62,962 nucleotides of DNA, filler included, from Octopus bimaculoides (GCF_001194135.2; 5 parts of 5 records of this genome joined end to end with filler, not necessarily neighbours in it); one strand, 5' to 3'. Positions 37,398 through 49,239 are shown, counted from the first letter of the whole stretch. Notes: generated from the letters alone by a model not told the origin. Numbers and translations: made by a program.

Positions 37398-39843
37398 TAG
37401 TTTTATTTTTATAACGTGCTTTCACTTTACTACTGAGTGCAGCTCTGTATGCCTTGGGTATGTGCTGTGGTTTGCTGTGATGCTCTTATGGTTACTGTAT
37501 TGAAAGTGTTTTGCATAGGATGTGTGCAGTGCCCAGAAGTGCAATTTTCTCTATGTTATAAATATTTATAAGTCCTGGTGTTTTTGTTATGTATTTGTCT
37601 GAATATTTTTTTATTATACCTAAGGCACCTACTATGATAGGAATTGTTTTTGTTTTTAGATTCTACATTCGAGTTACCTCTATGTCCAGGTCTTCGTATT
37701 TTGAAAGTTTCTCCATTTCTTTTAGAGAAACATTGTCATCTGCTGGTATTGATACATCAATTGGAAAGCATTTTTGTTTCTTCATGATCTCTGACAATTA
37801 TATCTGGCCTATTGGCCTTAATTTCTCTATCTGTGTGCATTGGCATATCCCAGAGTATGGTTGCTTTCTCATTTTCTGTGACCTTTTCTGGCATGTGCCT
37901 ATACCATCTTTTTTCTGTTGTTATTCCATAGTGTTGGCATAGCTTCCAGTGTATGTAGGTCCCAGCTCTGTCATGTCTGTGAATATATTCCTTCTTAGCC
38001 AGGACTGGGCAGCCAGAGATAATANNNNNNNNNNNNNNNNNNNNNNNNNNNNNNNNNNNNNNNNNNNNNNNNNNNNNNNNNNNNNNNNNNNNNNNNNNNN
38101 NNNNNNNNNNNNNNNNNNNNNNNNNNNNNNNNNNNNNNNNNNNNNNNNNNNNNNNNNNNNNNNNNNNNNNNNNNNNNNNNNNNNNNNNNNNNNNNNNNNN
38201 NNNNNNNNNNNNNNNNNNNNNNNNNNNNNNNNNNNNNNNNNNNNNNNNNNNNNNNNNNNNNNNNNNNNNNNNNNNNNNNNNNNNNNNNNNNNNNNNNNNN
38301 NNNNNNNNNNNNNNNNNNNNNNNNNNNNNNNNNNNNNNNNNNNNNNNNNNNNNNNNNNNNNNNNNNNNNNNNNNNNNNNNNNNNNNNNNNNNNNNNNNNN
38401 NNNNNNNNNNNNNNNNNNNNNNNNNNNNNNNNNNNNNNNNNNNNNNNNNNNNNNNNNNNNNNNNNNNNNNNNNNNNNNNNNNNNNNNNNNNNNNNNNNNN
38501 NNNNNNNNNNNNNNNNNNNNNNNNNNNNNNNNNNNNNNNNNNNNNNNNNNNNNNNNNNNNNNNNNNNNNNNNNNNNNNNNNNNNNNNNNNNNNNNNNNNN
38601 NNNNNNNNNNNNNNNNNNNNNNNNNNNNNNNNNNNNNNNNNNNNNNNNNNNNNNNNNNNNNNNNNNNNNNNNNNNNNNNNNNNNNNNNNNNNNNNNNNNN
38701 NNNNNNNNNNNNNNNNNNNNNNNNNNNNNNNNNNNNNNNNNNNNNNNNNNNNNNNNNNNNNNNNNNNNNNNNNNNNNNNNNNNNNNNNNNNNNNNNNNNN
38801 NNNNNNNNNNNNNNNNNNNNNNNNNNNNNNNNNNNNNNNNNNNNNNNNNNNNNNNNNNNNNNNNNNNNNNNNNNNNNNNNNNNNNNNNNNNNNNNNNNNN
38901 NNNNNNNNNNNNNNNNNNNNNNNNNNNNNNNNNNNNNNNNNNNNNNNTACCTATTATCTTGTTTTTAGCATTGAGCTCTGTTTTCAGTATTGATCTAACT
39001 CGTCTATAGTATTCTTTCTTTATTTTCTCTTTGATTTGTGTGTTGTATCCTATCTAGTTCATTGATTCCTAAATATTTGTATGTCTGGCTTTGGTCTAAT
39101 TCTCTTATTTCATTGGCTTTATCTAGTGTGATGTTGCTACTCTTAACTAGTTTTCCTCTTTTCAGAGTTGCTTTGGCACATTTTTTCTAATCCAAATTTC
39201 ATGTCTATTTCTTTGGTAAATCCATGTACTGTCTGTAGTAGTGTTTCCAGCTGTTTATCATTTGTAGTGTATAGTTTTAGGTCATCCATATATAAAAGGT
39301 GACTGATTGTTTTGCCGTAGCATTTGTATCCGCATCCAGTTCCATTTAGCATGCCAGATAAAGGTGTCAGTGCCCAGCAGAACAGGAGGGGAGAGAGCGT
39401 GTCTCCCTGGATTATTCCTCTTCTAATGGGGATGGCTTTGGTTTTCACGTGTCCCTCTTTTGTTTGGAGCTGTAGCACTGTCTCCCATTTATTCATAGAG
39501 TGTCTTATGTATTTTATAATTATTGGTGCTACCTTGTTTATGGCTAGTGTTTCGAGGATCCACATGTGGGGAACACTATCAAAAGCCTTTCGGTAGTTAA
39601 TCCAGGCCATACTGAGGCCTTTCTTCTTTCTGCGGCTGTCTTCAGTTATGGCTTTATTGATCATTAATTGATCTCTACAGCCGTATGAGCCCTTGCAGCA
39701 TCCTTTCAGCTCTTCTGGAAACAGGTTGTTTTCTTCCAGGTGCTTACTCAATCTCTGTAAAGGCTTTGTAGATTGTAGGGAGACAGGTTATAGGTCTGTA
39801 GTTTTGCCGTTTCCATGGATTTGGGAATTGGGATAGTTTTCTC
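37395..39843 (-). pseudogene. R4/Dong-clade non-LTR retrotransposon: RT, restriction-like endonuclease, 3' UTR, (AAT)n tail
   Basis: ORF 39751-39143: KAFDSVPH, GIIQGDTLSPLLF, HLLYMDDLKLY; NYRPITCLPTIYK upstream; after the gap RHD, NRPDIIVRD and a frameshifted RLE end; (TTA)n at 37366-37394. Confidence 0.9.
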
Positions 39844-39876
<33 letters not shown>

Positions 39877-39880
<4 letters not shown>

Positions 39881-40020
39881 TCACTGCCTGGAATCGAACT
39901 TGGAATCTTGGGGTTAGTAGCCCACACTCTTAACCACTACGTCATATGCCTGTGACGTAGTGGTTAAGAGCACGGGCTACTCACCCCAAGATTCCAAGTT
40001 CGATCCCAAGCAGAGACCTG
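39877..40020. mobile_element. Head-to-head palindrome of two 68-bp tRNA-like units
   Basis: Arms 39877-39944 and 39953-40020 (7 mismatches in 68), 8-bp spacer; each has A-box-like tgacgtagtgg and B-box gttcgat(t/c)cc and ends ctg-(AAT)n. Confidence 0.85.
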
Positions 40021-40124
40021 AATAATAATAATAATAATAATGATAATAATAATAATAATAACAACAACAACAACAACATCGAAAAATACCTTAAGAATGA
40101 GAACCCAGGTTCAAAATTTCCCCA

Positions 40125-40170
40125 AGATACCTGATGAAGGCTGGAGGGTATATCAGCCGAAACTTGTTAA
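40125..40170 (+). ncRNA. Hammerhead ribozyme core (probably degenerate), Penelope-like
   Basis: CTGATGA (40131-40137), A, stem II GGCTG/CAGCC, GAAAC (40159-40163). Stems I and III do not form well in this copy. Confidence 0.6.
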
Positions 40171-40249
40171 CAACAAACAAGATGAGTACATAATTCCTCA
40201 TCTCTTAAATATAGAACTCCATTACGATTGTTTAGAAAAGATGTATGTA

Positions 40250-40665
40250 CCATTTGTATATTGTAACTAGTATTAAGACATTATTGGTCATTAATTCTGC
40301 GGGTTTTCTATCATGAATTTTTGGCAGTAAGTAGATTGATCCTTCTATCCAGTTGACTTCAGCATTAAACTATTTTCCATTGCTTCATATCTTCTTCCAA
40401 AACTCTTCCACTGCCTCAATTGTGGATGGTTCTTTTACCCATGTTTATTTTTGCCAATTTTCCTATAAAACATCTTAGCATTGGTTTTGAATATTTTGTT
40501 TTGATGATAGAATTTGCTTCTTTTATCATGCCTTCTAACCTGTAGCTGTGTATAGTTTCAACAGTTTCTTGGCCACAGGAAGAGTTATAAGATCTTTGAT
40601 TTTATATTTTTTCTTGATTTTTCCAACTTTTCTTGTTTTGACATTTATTCCTGTAGAATGTCTAT
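40250..40665 (-). pseudogene. R4/Dong ORF, region N-terminal to RT (frameshifted)
   Basis: Minus strand gives RRHDKRSKFYHQNKIFKTNAKMFYRKIG and EAVEEFWKKI, typical of the R4/Dong pre-RT region. Confidence 0.7.
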
Positions 40666-41764
40666 TACATCTCACCGACACAAGTGCCTTTTACATGTCA
40701 CCGTCTTCTCAGGCACAGCAAATTACCAAAGGTCATAGTCATTTGTCATTGCCTCCGTAGCAGTCAGCATCTGAAGATCATACTTCACCACCTCATCTCA
40801 TGCCTTCCTGACTTTACCTCTTCCATAGGTTCCCCCACAGTTAGAGATTGGCACTTCTTTACACAGTTGTCCTTATCCATATGCATCACATGACTATACC
40901 AGTGCAGTCTTCTCTCTTGCACACTACTTCTTATACCCAGTTTTTCTCTCACTCTGTCATATGTGCACACTGACATTGCACATCCAGTAAAGCATACCAG
41001 CTTCATTTCTTTCAAGCCTACACATGTCCTCTGCAGTCATAGCCCATGTTTCACTGCCATGTTATGGCTGTTCACATACAGGCATCATACAATCTGCCTT
41101 GCACTCTGAGAAAGAAGCCCTTTGTTACCAATAAAGGTAGAAGCTCTCTGAACTTTTCCCGGCCTATTCTTATTCAGTAACCTATGCTCTTGGAGCATCC
41201 ACCTTCACTGCTGATTTGGTCATCTAGGTAATGGAAGCTATCAACTACTTTTAAATATCCACCCGGGCATTTGACAAAGTCTATTTTCTGTACATTTTTA
41301 ATGTTTACTGTACCTTTACACCTGCCATACACAAAGACTATTTTCCCTGTTAAACTTCCTCTGATACTGCTGCACTTCTTATGTGCCCATAATTTACACC
41401 AGGTACACCTTATGGAGTTTCTACCTACACCTTGTCTACAATTCGAGCAGGGCCATCTCCCTGAAGGGACTTGTGTTTTGTCTGCTCTCCTACTTACAAA
41501 AACTTTGGTTTTTGCTAGATTAACTCTAAGGCCCTTAGATTCCAGACCTTGCTTCCACACCTGAAATTTCTTCTCTAATTCGAGTAGTGATTCAGCTATA
41601 AGAACAAGATCATCAGCATAGAGGATGTCCTAAAGGCAGCCCATCTTAAATTCTTCTGTTATAGCCAGGAGAACTATTATGAACAAGAGGGAGCTGAGAA
41701 CCGATCCTTGAACTCCTGCCTGTACACGGAATCCATTGCTATACTCAATGCCAACTTTCACCAT
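40666..41764 (-). pseudogene. RTE-clade LINE, 3' half of RT with an embedded PHD-like finger
   Basis: QGSVLSSLLF, ILYADDLVL, GLRVNLAKTK, C4HC3-like finger 41449-41318, RRLHWYSHVMHM; 3' UTR units shared with family C. Confidence 0.9.
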
Positions 41765-42285
41765 AGTTAATCAGCTTTTCCACGAGAGAGTCATATCCAA
41801 TGATTTGTGTAGCAGAATTATAGTCAAGTGCTATAAAGATGAAGTTGACGCCTTAGACAGGAATAATTACAGAGGCATCAAATTGATGGACCAGGATCAC
41901 AGAAATGCTCAATTAATTAGGAAGAGAGTTAGTGTAGATGAGATGCAGTTTAGATTTGTGCCAGGCAGGAGCACAACTAATGCTATATTCCTACTTAGGC
42001 AACTTCAGGAGAAATATCTAGCCAAACATAAACCCCTGTACCTGGCTTTTGACAACATGGAGAAAGCCTTTGACAGAGTCCTCCACTCCCTTATCTGGTG
42101 GTCAATGTGGAAGCTAGGGATAGATGAGTGGTTGGTGAGAGCTGTACAAGCCATGTATAGGGATGCTGTCAGTAAGGTGAAAGTAAGCAATAAATATAGC
42201 GATGAAACCAGAGTATAAGTAGGGATTCAGCCACTCTTTTTTATCATAGTACTGCAGGCAATAACAATGGAATTTAAGATGGGCT
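41762..42285 (+). pseudogene. RTE-clade LINE, 5' half of RT in opposite orientation
   Basis: NYRGIKLM, QFRFVPGRSTTNAIF, AFDNMEKAFDRV, ending FIIVLQAITMEFKMG. Confidence 0.9.
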
Positions 42286-42299
42286 TATCTACATTGTAC

Positions 42300-43806
42300 A
42301 GCGCTCTATAGCAATACCTACTTTTAAATTCTGCCTCAGAGCAATGTTATAGATCTTAATTTTACTGTTATTTTTTTAACTGTTTGTTAACTTTGATAAC
42401 AGTTCTCTATTAACCACATCAGCAAATTCAATCTTGCTGAGTTCTTTTATAAGACCTTCTTTTGCTTTTGTGATCTTCTCTGTATTATTCTCTTCAAATT
42501 CCATGTCATAGCTATGTTGGTGTTCTTGAGATAGATCTATGTTTTCCGCATTTTCTACATTTCTTTGTTCAATTCTTTATTGTTCAGATTTACTGCTCAA
42601 ACAATAGATTCTATGTTTCTGTTACCTATTTCATCTACATCATTGCTATTTTCTGTTGGTCTGCCATGAGATATTTGCATGCTAATTTGATCAATTTCAG
42701 CGTCATTTAGTCTGGTGTTTCTTGCAGTATTTGGCCAGTTAAATTAAGGACAAACCACTTTCTGAAGTTACCCTGCAGGCAGTGAACTATTCACCTATTC
42801 AGACATTTGGTCAAATCTCTCTTTCTTTAGATTTGTCTTTACATCATGACTTTAAATGGATATTCATCATAGCCTTATCCAATCCAGGGAGCAAATTTTC
42901 TCCACCACTTCTCACTTTTGATAGATGTTTGTAAGCAGCGGCTGAGTTTCTTTAAAAGTGTTCTTATTCAACACTGCTCAACCTTTTCTGCTGTTTATCT
43001 GTATTCATCCTACAGCCTGTGAAATACCCAAGTCAAATTATATAGTAAGTTTTGCCAGATAAAATCATGTCTCGCTACACGCATAGCCTTCAACAGATGT
43101 TTTATGTCCATTAAAATCCACAACAAGAAAATATTTCTTCTTACACACTTCGTTCAGCATTCATTAAAAGTGTAAAAATAAATTATTTTTGTATGAAAAA
43201 AAATTATGCCTTCTGAATCTTCTTAAAACTTGAGACTTTCTTCACCATGACATTCCTTATTGAAATTAACAACTTTCTGTAAAATGTTACATTAGTGACT
43301 GTAGTCTTTTGCCTTGCCTATATCGGTTTACAAGTTAAAACACCAATAACTACAATATCTTTACATACATGACTTAATTTATTAGCACCTGTTCAGTTTC
43401 ATATTTCATTGTCTGCTAAATTTTTGCATGAAGAGTATGTTTATACAATGAAATTATTATTTGGGCTTAACTGGGTTATATAAAAGGCTATCACAGCTCT
43501 ATAATCCTCTCTAGTCCCTTTAATGCATTTTGCTTTAGGTGGTGTCACTGCAGGTCTAGGGTTAGGATTATCATGGTTCTGATTATCTAGTAGATCTTTT
43601 TGGGAGTTTGTTCCAGTAGCTGACTTTTCGATTCCAGCCTGGTTCCTACCTGGGAAATGCAGTCCTTGTTGATGACCAATATGGCATGAGTTTTGGTTTG
43701 TTGTCATTAAGACATGAACGATTTGGATGCTGGCATTAGAAGATGGGTCTGGCTTTTTAGAGTTAACTACTTCCAAGTTTTTTGAAAGAATATGTTTCTC
43801 TGCCAT
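42300..43806 (-). pseudogene. R4/Dong ORF N-terminal region, interrupted at about 42725-43345
   Basis: KCIKGTREDYRAVIAFYITQLSP, ANKLSHVCKDIV, RLNDAEIDQI and ELSKIEFADVVNRELLSKL appear in the order I expect for R4/Dong N-termini. Confidence 0.5.
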
Positions 43807-44280
43807 TTTGTTGGAGTTTGATTTTTATTTTATCTTTATTTATTTGTTTATTTATTTTAGTGGTAGATTTATGTTTTATTGCTCCTTTTGCGTTTACTCT
43901 TGGAAAATCATTTTGTTTTTGTTTTGTTTTGCTTGTGGCATGTGGGGGTGGGTGGGGGAGTGAGAGTGTGTGTGCATGTGTGGGTGTGTGTTGTGCAAAC
44001 ATTATTTATGTAGTTTATAAATTTTATAAATATTAAAATATATATATGAATGTATAAATAGTTGGATGTATAAGTACTTGCTATGTAAGAGGTCTGATCA
44101 AAAAGTATGGGACTGGTATTATAAAAAGAAAACATCACAATTTAGTTTTTTGAGTTGGTTTTCATTAAAAGAACATTTCCTTCAGAATCTTGCAAAGTTT
44201 TCTTTCCATTTTGCTGATGTTGTTTGATTAAATCTATTATCATCATTGTCATTGTTGTTGCTGTTTAGATTAAATTTATT

Positions 44281-47200
44281 GTCGTTTCTCTGATGAGGGT
44301 TCCCTTACTGAAGAAGCTGGTGGATACACCTTCTTCTGGAAAGGACATCCCTCTAAGATGCCCCGATTGCATGGGGTTGATTTCTCAATCGAGTACCCTA
44401 GCTGTATCAGCAAGTGCCTGATGACAATCAAAATCCCACTTTCAAACAAACGTTTTCTGACAATTCTCAGCGTTTATGTACCAACTCTCAATTCTGATGA
44501 AGAGATAAAAGACACCTTCTATGATTCTCTGCATACTGCGTTTTGGAACATCTCCCAACTGGACAAGATCGTACTCATGGGTGACTTCAACTCCCCTGTT
44601 GGGTGTGACAATACCACCTGGCAAGGGATCCTTGGCCTTCATGGCACAAGGAAAATGAATGCTAATGGACAGAGACTACTCACCTTCTGCTCCGAGTATG
44701 ATCTGTGCATCACTAATACCCTCTTTCAACAGCGGGACATTTACAAGACGTCATGGATGCACCTGCGTTCCAAAAAGTGACATCTCCTAGACTACACCAT
44801 TGTCTGTCGTCAAAACATGGGTGATGTCCTCCATACTCATGCAATGCATGGAGCAGATTGCTGGACGGACCACAACATTATCCGCTCCAAGCTTAGAATC
44901 AGCATTCGACCCCCTAGCTGAAAGTCAACAGCATCAGAATGACTGAACACCATGAAACTGTATGATCCTGAGAATCGTGGCCTCTTTCAAGATCAGCTTG
45001 CCATCAAATTGGATACTCTCCCACTCCCCAATCCTACTTCAGTAAACCAAGAGGAGCTAGATGATATATATGGGACAAACATATCTCCCTGATCTCCTTG
45101 GTTGCAGCCAAACAACTAGGACATGCTAAACATGGCAATCCTGACTGGTTTGATGAATCTGCTGATGAGATCCTTCCTCTTCTCAGAAGTAAAAACCGGG
45201 TTCATGATGCCAAACTCTCAAGCAGGTCTAACACACACCTCCAAAATTGGAAAGATCTTCGCTCGGAATGCCAGAGCAGACTTAGGCAGATTTAGAACAA
45301 TTGGTGGAAGAACAAAGCTGCAGAAATTCAATGTTTTGCGGATGAAAATACGATCCACGAGTTCTACACTACAGCCAAATCCATATACGGTCCATCCTCC
45401 AATCATATCAATCCGATACGATCTTCAGACGGCAACACTCTCTACAAGGAAAAGACCCAGATCCATGACNNNNNNNNNNNNNNNNNNNNNNNNNNNNNNN
45501 NNNNNNNNNNNNNNNNNNNNNNNNNNNNNNNNNNNNNNNNNNNNNNNNNNNNNNNNNNNNNNNNNNNNNNNNNNNNNNNNNNNNNNNNNNNNNNNNNNNN
45601 NNNNNNNNNNNNNNNNNNNNNNNNNNNNNNNNNNNNNNNCCCATGTGGAAATCCATACAGCTCTCTCCTACTTAAAAAAAACAGGAAATCGCTTGAATCA
45701 GATGGTGTGTCAGGGGAGATCTATAAATATGGTGGACCTGCTCTTGTCCAGCGTCTTCATCAGATTATCCTCTACTGTTGGAAAAATGTCTTGATCCCTC
45801 AATGCTGGAAACATGCAGACATAATCACCATCTTCAAGAAGAAAGGAGATTGTTCAGACTGCAACAACAGCAGAGGTATTTCAATCCTGGATGTTGCAGG
45901 AAAGGTCTTGGCACATGCCCTGCTCTCTCGACTTCTTGGCCTCTTCGTTGCACTATCAACATGGTCTTCGTCTCCTGCCCCCTGTTAGAGAAGTGCCGAG
46001 AACAGCATGATGCCTCCTTTGCCTTTATTGACCTAACTAAGGTTTTTGATACTATTAGCCACCCACTACTATGGAATGTCTTGCAGAGGTATGGATGCCC
46101 TCCTAAGCATCTTGCCATGCTATACCAGTTCCATGACAGCATGCAAGCACATGTGACATTGGGTGGTTATCAGTCTGACTACTTCAACATTCAAGTGAGT
46201 GTTAAACAAGGCTGTGTCCTGGCCCCTGTCCTCTTCAACGTGTTCCTTGTGGCTGTGACCTTACTATCTCGCTATGACCTCAACCCCAAAGATGGCATCC
46301 CAATTTGATATCGCCACAATGGCAGTCTCTTCATCTTGAGGAGACTAAAATCACTAACAAAGACTCAGTCCACCACTCTCTTCGAATTACATTATACCGA
46401 TGACTGCGAAGCTCTCGACCATGAACCAGCCTTCAGCAGAACCTAGACGTTGTGTGCAATACCTATCATTGGACAGGACTCCAGGTCAACGCTCCGAAAA
46501 TGGTTCACCCCCTGTGACTCATTCAATCCAAGACAACTAGCTAAAAAACACCGAAAAATTCACCTATTTGGGTAGCATCATCTCAAGCAATGGGGTCATT
46601 GACCATGAAATTCAGAATCGCATCCACTTTGCCTCCTCCACTTTTGGACGTCTCAAGGATCTTCCTTAATCATGATCTGGATCTCTCCACGAAAATCGAG
46701 GTTTATCGTGCTGTTGTGGTTTCCACACTTCTGTATGCCTCAGAAACCTGGATACTTTATCGTCGTCATGTCAAACTCCTCGAATCCTTTCATATCCGCT
46801 GTCTCCAGCGCATTCTTCATCTGACCTGGAAGGACAAGATCCCACATACGGAGATCCTGAGATGAGCAAAACTGACCAGCATCGAATGCATGATCCTCGA
46901 ACGTCAACTGCGCTGGGGGGCATGTTATTAGGATGCTGGAAAACTGTATACCCAAGATTGTCCTTTTTGGGGAGTTAGCAGAAGGTAACTGACCGCATGG
47001 AGGTCCAAAGGAGCAATATAAAGATCATCTCAAGAAATCCTTGAAGCTCTGTAGCATCCCGGTGAACTTGAAACACTGACCACAGACCGTACTACCTGGA
47101 GGGGTATGGTCAAAACTGGTACGCAGCATTTTGAGGATGAGTGGACTAGACTTCATGAAGAAAAGCGGAGACAGCTCAAGGAACATCAGCAAAATCCTAG

Positions 47201-47360
47201 ACGAGCTTATCTTTGCTGTTCTCAGTGTAATCGGACATGTGCCTCCAGAATCGGCCTTTTCAGCCACGAGAGGGCCTACCAACACCATCAAGACAACCCC
47301 TAAGGATCAAAGACAACACCATCATCTGTCAAGATGGACTGCCTTAAGTAAGTAAGTAAG
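44281..47360 (+). pseudogene. BovB-like RTE LINE: APE endonuclease, RT, C-terminal zinc finger, (TAAG)n tail
   Basis: GGYTFFWKG, VLMGDFNS, SWMHLRSK, DCWTDH (APE); RGISILDVAGK, FIDLTKVFD, VKQGCVLAPVLF, YTDDC (RT); CSQC-x12-H finger; tail taagtaagtaagtaag; many stops and frameshifts. Confidence 0.9.
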
Positions 47361-48147
47361 CATTGTTGTTAATTATTATTATTTGCACTTGCAGGGTTAG
47401 GTGTGTGTCTGTAGCTCTATAAGTTTTGTTTAAATGTTGTTGCTTCAGAGTTTGGTATTTGCATTTTTCTTGGACTGTTTACTTAATAAACCAGTTTGCT
47501 TTTCTTAGAAGGAATTGGCTTTATGAAAAATTCACCCCTTAAGGATGAAATTTATAAGTGAAAATCTCATATTTTTTTAAAAAGAAAACATGGCTTCCCA
47601 AATTGAGGAAGATGATTACTGCTCCATTATGACAATATGTTCCCTCCACTATCTACTGCTACAGTTAACACACAATGTACATCCAACAATGACAACAAAT
47701 ATGAAAGCAACATCGTCACCAACAGCACACTTTATGCCACAACTAAAACTACCAAGGGCAACAACCACAACAACAATGAAATTGAAAGCAACAACAATAA
47801 AAATGAGACCACAGAACAAAAAAAAATAATTTCTCCATTCAATACTCCACAAGTTCTACCGCCACTTCCACCAACTCTATTAATGCCAATACAAAAGACA
47901 ATGAAAATAAAATTTGTAAATTTAGCATTATGGTTTTGCCAGTGAACAGAGGAAATTTTTACCAACTTAAAAGAACTAAAAAGTGCAAAAAGTAAGTTAG
48001 AGAAATTTGACCAAAATATGGCGCTGAACATACCAAGATCCATTTAGCAAATATAAAACTATATAAGCATAAAAATAGAACAAGCAACACAGCAGCAGAT
48101 TAAAAAGTGCCTCAGGTTAACCTGGGGTACAAAAACATACATAGCCA

Positions 48148-48784
48148 TATGTTTGACTTTTGCTTTGCATTTGTACAAGTTGGATCCAAGTCTCACCCAG
48201 AGACCTCAAGAGACAACAAGTTAGAAGTTCATGTAGGTGTTATGCCTAGGGTACCATATATTTGGATTTGTACATAGTGTTGTTCTAAAGAATGTTTAAG
48301 AAACCATAAGAAAATTATGTGTTTGTTTTAAAATTTGAGATCACATAGACAATATTTTACGTAGGATATGGGCAGTTCCCATGAGCACTATCTTTTGAAC
48401 TTCAGCCATTTTGGGGTTTCCTGGTAGGTAGTAATCAGCCCATTTTGCTGTCATTCCCAGGGCATCTATGGCAATAGGTATTGTTTTAGTCTTCAGGTTC
48501 CACATTTTGCTAATTTCTATTTCAAGATCTTTATATTTGCTCAGTTTTTGGTAGGTCTTGACTATTTATTATTATTATTATTTTATGTTTGACTTTTGTT
48601 TTGCATTTGTACAAGTTGGATCCAAGTCTCACCCAGAGACCTCAAGAGACAAGTTAGAAGTTCATGTAGGTGTTATGCCTAGGGTACCATATATTTGGAT
48701 TTGTACAGTTTTGTTCAAGTGAATGTTTAAGAAACCATAAGAAAATTATGTGTTTGCTTTAAAATTTGAGATCACATAGACAGT
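48148..48784 (-). pseudogene. R4/Dong 3' end (second subfamily) with a tandem second 3' UTR
   Basis: KLSKYKDLEIEISKMWNLKTKTIPI...MGTAHILRKILSM*; 3' UTR at 48148-48352 repeated at 48584-48784 across a (TTA)n tract. Confidence 0.8.
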
Positions 48785-48884
48785 NNNNNNNNNNNNNNNN
48801 NNNNNNNNNNNNNNNNNNNNNNNNNNNNTTAATTAATTAANNNNNNNNNNNNNNNNNNNNNNNNNNNNNNNNNNNNNNNNNNNN
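48785..48884. other. Assembly spacer 44N-TTAATTAATTAA-44N
   Basis: Same 100-bp structure. Confidence 0.95.
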
Positions 48885-49239
48885 AAATGTACATTTACTC
48901 TCACACGTTACTATCGATATCCAGAATATAACGCACGGTAAATATATATATCACACGTGTATACAGAAGTAGTGGATGTTAAATATTTACTCAGAAAGAG
49001 TAAATGTTACAGCTGGAAAATCAGGCATTGACTCGTTAGAATGTACTATGTAGCTATGTACCATCTGCAAGCAGTTATGCATGATGTAATCGTGAGATAC
49101 AAGAGGGGCATCACGATGGTTGCGCAAGATGCATGTGATTTTTCATGATGTATGTGCGACCTGCAAATAATTCCGCATCTTATGTATGCTTTGGTACATG
49201 TGTGTATTCAGTAATAATGGCTGTAAGTATTTTATACGT

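Noticed and set aside
42831-42930. 100-bp segment with a good acceptor, GTAAGC donor and one open frame
   Set aside because: Isolated, no recognisable peptide and no partner exons; expected by chance.
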